Position numbers and translations under genes: made by a program. The notes under the pieces were generated by a model that did no database searches, was not told the origin of the DNA, and saw nothing but the letters and a program-made list of their open reading frames with translations. Below, piece by piece: positions 54,723 through 64,000 of a stretch of DNA of 64,000 bases; within the stretch, counting starts at the first letter, position 1, and each line of letters begins with the position of its first letter. The stretch is from Octopus sinensis (lineage: Eukaryota), in contig NC_042998.1 in assembly GCF_006345805.1 (NCBI RefSeq), positions 160,952,001 through 161,016,000 on the forward strand, read 5' to 3'.

Positions 54723-56430
54723 AAACAATACTAATTATTCTGAAAATCATAAAGTCACTGCTAACGTGACCTCTTTCCAAGACATAATGTTACATATCTT
54801 TGGATTTAATGATTGCTATAAAACAAAAACTAACTTAAACATAACTGATATTATATATAAGTAGACATCAAATGATTTGAAAAGGAGATGAATCTATTAC
54901 CTATCCAGTGCTGAATTAAGCTCGCAAAATAGATTTGGTTTCTACCTGGAGCTGTTGCACTTCACTCTTCATAGGTGATGATAATCTAAATCAATCTCTC
55001 CACTTTCTATTTATATAAACATGTATATATATATGCCCTTGTATTCATGTCTACACTTTCTAAATGGGTTCCAATCTTCTAAACATTTCATAACAAATTA
55101 GAAGTTAAAATGTAACACAAGATAATGAATTCTTTTTGTTTGTTTGTTGAGCTACATTTACTTTAATTGCTTGCATTAGCTCCTTTATTCTATAAAATAA
55201 TGTTAGTTAACATTGTGTCTTTGACTATACAGTATAGACACTGTAATGGGATTCACTGCATTTGTACATTGCAACTGATTATTCTAAGTATAAGACTATG
55301 TGTTATCTCAGATAGTGAATTCAGATAATGGAAATGTGTGTACAGTAATCTGCCTGATGTTATGGCACAGTTCATCTTGTAGTTGGGCCAAAAGTTGAGT
55401 TAAAGAACAATGGTAACAAATACAGAGTAAAAAAAATATGTTGCTTGACTATAATAAAATGTCTGAAATTTTCTGGGAAGAGTTGTAAAGAAGTGCAATA
55501 CTATGAGAATATCATGTTATATAAGTTAGGAAATGGTTATCAAATAAAAGAGCAGAAGTCATGATTAATTTTGTGTGATATGTCAAAGAAAGTCAGTTAC
55601 CCTGAAACAAAATTCCCATAATAAAACTGAGTGTAAGGAAAAGAACATAGTACCTCAATGAGAAAAGCAAAATCTAATACAAAGTTCATGTGGAAATATG
55701 TATGCTTGCTTAAGTATGCATGTGTTTATGTGTGTAGATGTACAACGGTTACATATAAAGAATGAACTGATAATCATTGAGTCATCAAATAGGTCATCAT
55801 CATCATTATCATCCTTCTTTCCTTTAACTGTTCACTGGATCTTGTATTCTATTCTACTTTCTATAGCATTAAACCTGAGAGAAAAATGTTCTTCTGGATA
55901 GTATGGTTATCAGTCACAGGTAATATCTTTCAGACATAACCGAATTTAACATATGAAGCCAGTGAATCCCTTATATATTTTACAAAGCTGCTACTGCAAT
56001 GAATTCTAATCTACAACATGGTGGTACCTACTTGTACGCAGGTGTACTAAACTTACTAATAAATGTCATGAACATTGAAACATTACAACACAAATAATAG
56101 GATACAAACTGTTAACTCCTCAGCTTGTTGTTGAGTACCCTGTTAACTAGGTCATCAGTTCTATCAAATAATCAGAGTTTTCCAAACTTTTCACATTGGC
56201 GATAAACTTTTAAAAGAATATAAGTATTTCATGTCCCATTAAGTTATATTTGTGACATAAAATTGCCAAAATTAATAAATAAGCAATTAAATATCACATT
56301 ATATGCAAAGTGATCAGATCTGAAATATATTTCATGACCAAATATTTGTAAAGATTGATGAGATTTGACCTAATTCCACAGTACACTCTGAGATTATCAG
56401 TGAGAAACTGAAGTGTCATGAGATAGTTAA

Positions 56431-56565
56431 CACTTTCGTTACCAAATTCCTGTTAAAATGTATTTCCTTTATTTTAATTAATTTTGATAATAATGAAGAA
56501 TTTCATAAAATAACCCTACCATTATTAACCTAGAGTTTGGAACATAAATTGATAATATCTTTTAA
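56431..56565 (-). mobile_element. Partial degenerate copy of MITE family 2
   Basis: TTAA|CACTTTCGTTACCAAATTCCTGTT...TTAATTAATTTT...GGAACATAAATTG matches the reverse complement of the right half of 3476-3696. Confidence 0.6.
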
Positions 56566-57799
56566 TCCATACATTAAGTAAGACAGTAGAGGCTCCAAAG
56601 AACATATGTTTCTAAATAATCTCTGGAAATATCAACCAGAATTCCTGTTTGAGAATGGAGTATTCTATGGTATATTACCAGAAAATTTACTGTTATTTTC
56701 AGCAAGATTAATATTTTGTTAATAAAGAAGAGTGTTAGTTCTATGAAATTATGAATATTAAAAATAACTATACTGGTATTAATGAACCAGAATTAGTTCA
56801 AATACATTAGGTGAACATTTATTTTCATTTTTAATAAAAGGTGGAGTAAAATGTATCTCAAGCACAAAACTATCAGGTATGTGTGTGTGTGTGTGTGTGT
56901 GTGTGAGTGAGTGAGTTTGTGTGTGCATACATTATTTTTTATCCCTTTATCTTTTAACAGATTTTTAAGCAAAGCCATTATTTATAATTATCAATTAAGT
57001 AATATCTATTGAAAAGAGTTGAAAGATTAGATGATGGAAGAGAAGTAAATCAATAAACCATGAACCTTTTGCATAGCTCATAGAATTTTGAATGTAGAAA
57101 ATGATTGATTTTTGAATGAAAATATTCCAACTTCAGTCAGTAAAGCATAGAAATATAACTATTCAAACTTATTCCAAATCCTATTAGTAAAGTTTTTCTT
57201 TCTTATATTTTTATTCGTTTATTTATTTTGGTAATCTAATTTACTAGTCTTTATATAAATATTATTTTGCTTCACTTATATTCTTCTCTACTGATATATA
57301 TATATACATATGTGTCATGTGTATGTGTGTGTGTGTGTGCTGTGAGTCAGCTTTCAATATTGATGGATATAGTTTGACTCAGAGACTGAGTGGAACTTCA
57401 GTTTATCTTTCTTTGACTAGAAGAAAGGTAAGATAAAATATATGAAAGAGAATTCTCAAGCTTTAGTAATTATTTCTCTCTTTGTGAAGCGGATCACACA
57501 CCTTTTCTTTTAATTTAACATTTTACATCATTTTTCTTTCATACCACATTAATGAGTGATTGTTTATTTGTTGGCACCTATTACTAACCACTAAAATGTG
57601 AAGTAGGGAGTGGAGCATGTTTTTGTTTAGTGAGACAACCCGGAGCCAGTGCTCAAAGGCATTGCGCAATGATAGTAATAAGATCCTTTCTTGGATGCTC
57701 AATTCTTCATGGTGTGTTAGGGGCACAACTGTGACACACACTGTGCTTTAGGTATTTTTAGATCAAATGGAGCCTATCCCTCTCCATGTCTTATCACAA

Positions 57800-57950
57800 C
57801 TGATTTTGTCCATTACAGTATAAGTACTTTTATTTATTAACTGTAAAAAGATGAAAGGAAAATTTGATCATGGTAGTACTTGAACTCAGAGCACAGAGTC
57901 AGAATGAATACCACAAGCTAGTCTATTCCAATGCTCTAATAACCTTGTCA
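57800..57950 (-). mobile_element. Old SINE, family D
   Basis: ACTTGAACTCAGA is the exact reverse complement of TCTGAGTTCAAGT in the 61425 copy, and the flanking AAAGATGAAAGGAAAATTTGATC matches too. Confidence 0.65.
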
Positions 57951-58099
57951 ATCACTATATGGTTGCTGTATGATTACTTCAAAGCTGTTTCTCCTTCTAT
58001 TTAACAAATTGCAATCTATTTCCTTGGCATCTACTTGGCTTGGTGGGGCAAAGTAGTTTTGCATCACTGTTCAGTTAGGATTTAAGCTGCATCTCAAAA

Positions 58100-58340
58100 T
58101 AAGACTGAAATAACCAGTCCATAATGCAAGACAAGGCAGAGTCTATGAAGATCTTGGGTTACAAGACACCAGAATCCTCTTTTCACCTTGTACATGTGTT
58201 CCAAAGGAATTTAGAGCAGTATATTTGACATCAATTTGGTTAAAAGAATTGCCAGTAGAGTGTCAAATCAAATATCAGAACATCTTAGGGGCTCCACTTC
58301 AGATATATGATAAGTTTTATGCCCTTTGTCACACAAGGCA
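58100..58340 (+). mobile_element. Possible decayed CR1/L2 LINE ORF2 C-terminal fragment
   Basis: The peptides ESMKILG and KRIASRVSNQI resemble the 'xxKDLG...KKAxRxxxxIxRxF' thumb region. Very degenerate. Confidence 0.3.
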
Positions 58341-58731
58341 TTATCTATTATTATTTGTAAAATAATACTGAAATGTTATTTAATAGCATTTTTTTAATTG
58401 TTCAAAGGAAGGAGCTGAGGCCGTGGCCATTACAGATCTCTCCACCAAAACTGATCAGAGATTATGAGATTAATGTTGAAATAAAACTGTTTCCTTTCTT
58501 TTTATATTTTCTTATTTATATAGATGCATAATTAGATACTTGTAGTGAGGGATAATTTATGTAACTGATGTAACAAATAAAATGTTATTAAATATAAAAA
58601 AATAATACTATTTCACACACAAGTGAAATGAACAGTCAGTCAATAAATGTTTCTGCTTTATTATTTGTAACCATCAATATGGATGATGAGTAATTACACC
58701 TAGAGAATTCACTTGAGGAAGATAAAAGAAT

Positions 58732-59200
58732 GAGAGCTTCTACGTGGTCACTCAATCTGCTGGAAATGGCAGCTAAATTACCTGCAATTAGACCATATCA
58801 CCTTGAAGAGGAAGAAGGAACATAATATTGTTCTAGATTATACAATGTTTGAGAGAAGGATGATTTAGTCATAGCTAGAATACCTTTGATTTTAGATCAG
58901 CTTGGTCAAGGCTAACCTAGGGCTAAACAGCAACTTGTGCCGGTAACTGGATGTAAAGACATTTATGCCTTTCTTAAGTATGTTAGTCATGCAGATAAAG
59001 TGAAATAGCAACAAATAAGAAGTAAAACTAAAATGAGCCAATAGGGGAGCCTAGAAATGGCAGCCAAATCTCCCACAAATAACCAAATCATTGCCTACTG
59101 TCTCATAAAACAAAGAATCTATCAAATGATAGAGCCCTAGATACATTATATCTGAAAAAGATAGGATGGGATAGGATAGTCATGGCTGGAATGCCTTTGA
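58732..59200 (+). mobile_element. Two tandem degenerate copies of interspersed repeat family E (58732-58934, 59045-59200)
   Basis: Both contain CT(A/G)GAAATGGCAGC(C/T)AAAT...AGTCAT(A/G)GCT(A/G)GAAT(A/G)CCTTTGA. Homologues lie at 1825-1950 (-), 60470-60560 (-) and 60820-61000 (+). Confidence 0.65.
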
Positions 59201-59522
59201 CTAGAACTAAATAACTGAATTATTCTATGAAGTGTATTGTCTAGATACACCCCATAGAATAGTGGATGATCTAAACAACATTAGTAAGTAAGAGGTAATA
59301 AGTGTACTGTTACACTGATGACTATTTTGTAAGAAACAGCAAAGGACAAATAGTCATATCAATAAAAATGCAAGATAAAAAGGTTAAAATTTCATTGCTA
59401 TAAAATACTTAATGAAGCTGTCTGATATGTGTATAGATAAATATAAAAAAATGAAGGATTAACAAAATGTCTAAAGTTGAGAAGCATATTGAAATTTTTT
59501 TTTCATTTTAATTGAAGTTTAC

Positions 59523-59713
59523 CCCTTTAGCATTCAGATAACTTTGGTGTCAATTAATCAAGCATTATCTCATAACTTTGAAATATTGATGATGTGATCG
59601 TTTATTTTTACAATGACATTGTAGGGTAGGTGTGAGAGGCTGGATCCGGCCAGTTTGAACATAAAACAGGTAGAATATTTTGGCCAGATATAGCCAATTT
59701 AAATGCTAAAGGG
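59523..59713 (-). mobile_element. piggyBac-type MITE, family 1 (opposite orientation), about 75 bp from the exon donor
   Basis: Perfect 12-bp TIRs CCCTTTAGCATT ... AATGCTAAAGGG with degenerate TTAA flanks (TTAC/TTAT). The internal GGCCAGTTTGAACATAAA is the reverse complement of TTTATGTTCAAACTGGCC in 48309-48532. Confidence 0.85.
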
Positions 59714-59788
59714 TTATATAAATGAAAATTATACAGATGCAACACTGACAATAATTAAAGAAACAAAAAAAGAAAAGAAAAAACTAAC

Positions 59789-60027
59789 CTGGAGGATATA
59801 TCCTCGAGCATAATCTTCATAGGACCATCCGAATCCATGCAGCACCTGAAGCACCTCCTCATGCTGCAGGACACTAAAAAGTCGATCCAACAGGATCTTG
59901 AGGCGAATCGGTGTTGCCTGTGCACCATAGAGCATTAAACTGGCAATATCAAACACTATATTTGGCTGAACTATTTCTACCTGCATACCCATGTGGAAAA
60001 TATGCTGATATCCAAGTTTGTCTAGTG
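59789..60027 (-). CDS. BNC2: Internal coding exon of a basonuclin (BNC1/BNC2, disco-related) zinc-finger gene, N-terminal conserved domain
   Basis: The minus-strand translation (A)[79 protein letters not shown] closely matches vertebrate BNC2 as I recall it ([79 protein letters not shown]). The acceptor is ttttttatttgcag|CA (AG at 60029-60028) and the donor is CAG|gttagt (GT at 59788-59787). Length 239 nt = 2 nt + 79 codons. The symbol indicates the family; BNC1 vs BNC2 orthology cannot be resolved from one exon. Confidence 0.93.
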
Positions 60028-60469
60028 CTGCAAATAAAAAAAATAAAAGTATCATAAATAAAACATGAAAAATATGAATGAAATATTTTTGTAAAGATAA
60101 TAAGAAGGCTAGGTTTTGAAAATTGATCTGAATTTGCATTTGTACAAAAAAAGAAAAGAAAATAAGACAAATTGTTTTTAGTATCATCTTTTATCTTTAG
60201 AATATCTTTTAAATTACTATTTCAACAACCACATATGACTACCTTTAGAACCACTCACTTCACTTATGCTTACAATCAATGATTAAATAAATAGGGCATA
60301 GGCCACATGGCTGAAGTTTCATGACATTGTATTCCATTACAAGACAACATTGATTTCTAAAATTGGCACATGGCCACAAATTTTGAGTGAGTTTATTCGA
60401 TTAAATAGACTTGAGTACTTGATCCATCCTTGAATACTTTGACCTGCCCTCAAAACAGAACACCATAAT

Positions 60470-60560
60470 GGTATTCCAGTTATGACCATCTTACATTTTT
60501 TAAACATAATGCATGTAGGACTTTTGCATTTTTCAATATACTCATCATTTCTTAAGACAC
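60470..60560 (-). mobile_element. Family E fragment in reverse orientation
   Basis: Its reverse complement GTCCTACATGCATTATGTTTAAAAAA..GATGGTCATAACTGGAATACC aligns with GCCCTAGATACATTATATCTGAAAAA..GATAGTCATGGCTGGAATGCC at ~59140-59195. Confidence 0.6.
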
Positions 60561-61137
60561 TATGGTAAACTGAAGTTTCAATGGTTTATACCAGTAACAA
60601 GAAGGTGAGTAGATTTTTTTTATTTGATGAAAAATCTGTGAAAGATTAGGGAAACCTAATTATTAAAACAATAACCTAAGTCCATTTTGACAATTTTAAG
60701 TATAGCTGAGTTTATACTAGTGATTTGGGACTCATGCATAGAGTGCCACAAACTTTGTTAACATCAATAAGTTAGTGACACCAGTTTGTAAATACAACCA
60801 TATTGATGAGACATTAAAGAAAGCTTTACATGACTACCTCACACGCAAAAATTAATAACCAAACATCACTCAAATCACCCTCAGCTATCTTAGAGGAAAG
60901 AATATATAGAATAATACAATCCAAAATCAATTAATGTGATGTAAACAAGGGCGTAATGAGCACCCAGGAATGCCTCTGACCATAAGACAGATCAGTCAAC
61001 ATTGACACTATCCTTATTGGCAATTTTCAAATCTATTTGATCAATGCCAAATTTTATGAGAAATATTCAACTAAAACAATTGTTATTAGTTTAGATCGAA
61101 GAGATAAAGCATTGGTTGAAGTCCTCATGCACAGAAA

Positions 61138-61345
61138 TTAATCATTTTGGGACTTTATTTCTGATGAAATACACTACCTATATATTTCAATTAATTTCAA
61201 AAATAATCAAGAATTTTGAGAGACTTAATAAAATACTTACTGGTATTTGGAATTCAGGTAATGATAAAATTATGATGTAACATTTTAATTTACATTTAAA
61301 CATCTTAAACATGAGGCCTCAAATAAGCAGGTATCAAAAGTATTA
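61138..61345 (-). mobile_element. Degenerate copy of MITE family 2
   Basis: Contains TTTCAATTAATTT and ends GCAGGTATCAAAAG, matching the reverse complement of the left terminus of 3476-3696. Confidence 0.55.
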
Positions 61346-61424
61346 TCCACTAGATAACACTTGATTTACTAGATTGAATAACAATTGAAGGTGAAACAAA
61401 ATAGAGTTGCATTATTATACAACA

Positions 61425-61612
61425 GGGCAGAATTGTTAGCATACTGGACAAAATGCAATGTGGCATTTGATATTATTCTGAGTTCAAGTTTAACTGAGGT
61501 CAACTTTGCCTTTTATCCTTTTGGGGGCCAATCAAATAAATACCAGGTGAGTACTGGGGTTGATGTAATCAAGTAATCCCCTTTCATAAAATTTGAGCTC
61601 TTGTGCCTATAA
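61425..61612 (+). mobile_element. Old SINE, family D
   Basis: TCTGAGTTCAAGT...GGTCAACTTTGCCTTTTATCCTTT...ATAAATACCAG..GAGTACTGGGGTTGATGTAATC. Homologous segments lie at 15355-15540 (-), 23700-23830 (-), 41810-41940 (+), 45425-45530 (-), 57800-57950 (-) and 60350-60423 (-). Confidence 0.7.
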
Positions 61613-64000
61613 TTGATTATTATACTGCTATGACTAGAAATATATCACTGAAAGCATGTAAAGTATTTGTAATTATTTATGGATCATATTTTATGCATTT
61701 TGCATGTGTTTACTTGAATATGTAAAAAATATATTGTAAATAAAGAGAAAAGTTATTGGTTCAGGGAAAATAACAACATTACACAGAAAGAAGAAAATCA
61801 GTCAGCTAATGGCCCAAATGTAAAATAGATATTCTAAAGACATATATATTTAAACTGAGCTTTTCCATATGAAGACATTTGAAATAAAGAATTCTCTCTT
61901 CCCTACAAAATCTAATTTCCATTAAATGACAGCAGTTTCATTTAATTTCATTGAATTCATTTCCAAAAACCCAAGAACTGATATAAGAGACAAGAAAGGA
62001 AACTTTTTAAAATAGAATTTAATTAAAGATTCTTATTTTTGACACGTTTTTATGATGGAATTAGTTATGGAAATAAATACTGAGTCCTTTACTGGTGTAT
62101 AGGCATTGTTATGTAAATTAAACTATATATTTTAACGAAAGGCAAAATTTTGGTAATCAGTAATAGAAAAATAACATGTCCAAATATATATTAGTGAGTG
62201 GACAAAGATATGTGTACATACACATTGCACATCAGAATCATATAAAGAATAATAACAATGAATTACATAGTTGTTTTTTAGACTTGATTCTAAAAAATAT
62301 TTAGAACATTTCTTTTATTCATATGCTGTAAGCACAGTGTTAATGGATTAGAATAAATAAATAAAAAAGTAAGCTAGCTTGTAGATAAAATTTTCCTTGT
62401 TCTTTCTAAAACTATAGTTAGCAATCATAAAATTTATACAATGAACATTTATACTACAAATTCATATTTGCATAGTACTCAAGTAAATTAAACAAAAGAA
62501 TGCTATAAACAATTAAAACAATATTTGCTTCATTCCAGAATTCTTGAAATCAGAGGGGAAAATCTTACAACTAAATTTAGTGATTATCAAAACTTGTAAA
62601 AAAAAAAATCCTCACTCTATCTGTAAATGTTAACATTTTGTACAATGTCGTCTCATTAATCCTGAAAACCAGTGTAGGCATTTTCATTCAAGAAGCAAAC
62701 AAATAAACAATGTATAGATGTGTGTATATGTATGTGATTTATAGTATCAATAATTCAACAGAGCTTTATTCACATACAGCTAATTTCAAGATATTGATTG
62801 AATTGACATATCAATATTCTTAGTAGTGGTCGGATGGAATAAAGTATTTTTTTTATTTCACTCAACATAACCAATTAAAATAAATTTATTAAAGCTTTAT
62901 ATAAAGTAAAAAAGGTTTATCTGTCTTCTGAGCAACTTGCTCTTTGGTGTCTACATCAATAATGACTGATACACATATCTACTCAGTTCAATAGAATAGA
63001 TTTATCTCAATATGAAATATGGCAATATTCTATTTCCCTGCCATTGCTGTTCTGCCCAATGTTAATACCTCCAAGTTGGTAATTGACAATTTTCAGAATT
63101 TCCATTTATAGAAAATGCACATTAAAAATAAATAGAAATTCAAATACATTGATTAGGAAAATGTTTCAGTATGAATTGTACAGAAAAGCAGATCAGTGAT
63201 ATTTTTGTTTTTATGAGAGGGAAGCAGCAATTTTCACTTTCAGCTCATAGATAGAGATTTTCAAAATGTAGTTCAGTACTTAAGTAAACAAAATATCTAA
63301 GAAAATATGTACACTAAACTAATTGTTTAGAAACACAATTTGTTCTTCCTTATACAAATTTCATCTGTAAAGATATTGAGATTTAAGTCATATTGTTTGA
63401 AAATAATCATGTACAGTTGATCTGACATAATACACAAATATTTTAATGTTGTTAGCTCTAGATTAAGAAATATGTGAAAGTTATTGGGTAAATCACTATG
63501 TTGTTATCACTTTGTATTTAGTGAATGTATTTATATACTTTCTTTAATGAAAATATTTAAGAAATTGAGTATGATGGAGAATATTGTTTAAAATAGATTT
63601 GATAGAAAGTGATTTGAAATGAAGGAAAATTTAACTAAATAATATAATGAAATAGACCAGACTGAATAACCATCAACATGTCTGACATGAGTTTTTGTTG
63701 TTAAAATTATAATTTAAAGTGTTTATTTACAATATTTATATTGAGACTGCATTTTAATCAGTTCAATCTCAGATTATTAGGTCTCCTATTCCTTTAAATC
63801 CACATGATGATTAGGAGATCTTACCAATTGAAACAGAGTGTAGACATACAGATATGTACTCTCTAAGCATCAGGTTAAAAGTCTGTAAAGTGATAATCTT
63901 GTGACAACTGATATTTTTTCATCAAAATAATATTAGATATGAATATAATATTATATTTGGTGGTTCTATAAACTATATTTTTATCTTACATAACAAAAGT

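Larger units (their letters stand above)
1..59788 (-). other. Putative very long intron downstream of the basonuclin exon (3' end outside the window)
   Basis: There is a GT donor at 59788. The expected next exon (DxxGKVLDxW...FLRFGETK plus C2H2 fingers) is not in the ORF track and I did not find it by eye. The region contains only repeats and TE remnants. Small exons could have been missed. Confidence 0.6.
60028..64000 (-). other. Upstream intron of the basonuclin exon (5' end outside the window)
   Basis: AG acceptor with a T-rich tract at 60028-60050 on the minus strand. I saw no upstream Cys-rich (C..CxHGWVAH-type) exon in 60028-64000. Confidence 0.6.

Noticed and set aside
59729-60187. 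152-aa ORF as a complete single-exon gene
   Set aside because: Only 59789-60027 is homologous and bounded by AG/GT. The F/I/L-rich ends are translated intronic T-tracts.

Overview
AT-rich eukaryotic (animal) genomic DNA full of microsatellites and repeats. The SINE, MITE and LINE families look like those of an octopod cephalopod (Octopus-like). That call comes from recognising the repeats and has not been confirmed by a search. The only host coding sequence I can support is one 239-nt internal exon on the minus strand (59789-60027) encoding the conserved N-terminal domain of a basonuclin (BNC2-like/disco family) protein. The rest of the window therefore appears to be intronic, with an apparent downstream intron of more than 59 kb. 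That intron holds a dead Hsmar1-like mariner with strong CpG decay, remnants of a Dong/R4-type LINE, CR1/L2-type LINEs and a pogo-like transposase, TTAA-flanked piggyBac-type MITEs, several SINE families and many (TA)n/(CA)n/(AAT)n tracts. The most notable unexplained structure is repeated fold-back potential in this pre-mRNA: a near-spacerless 400-bp palindrome (29725-30125), a direct-plus-inverted triplication forming a ~200-bp hairpin (43784-46800), an old fold-back with a MITE at its centre (48102-48682), and two nested inverted repeat pairs bracketing the exon. I found no clear new multi-gene system. The findings are hypotheses about RNA structure, editing, splicing and TE history.
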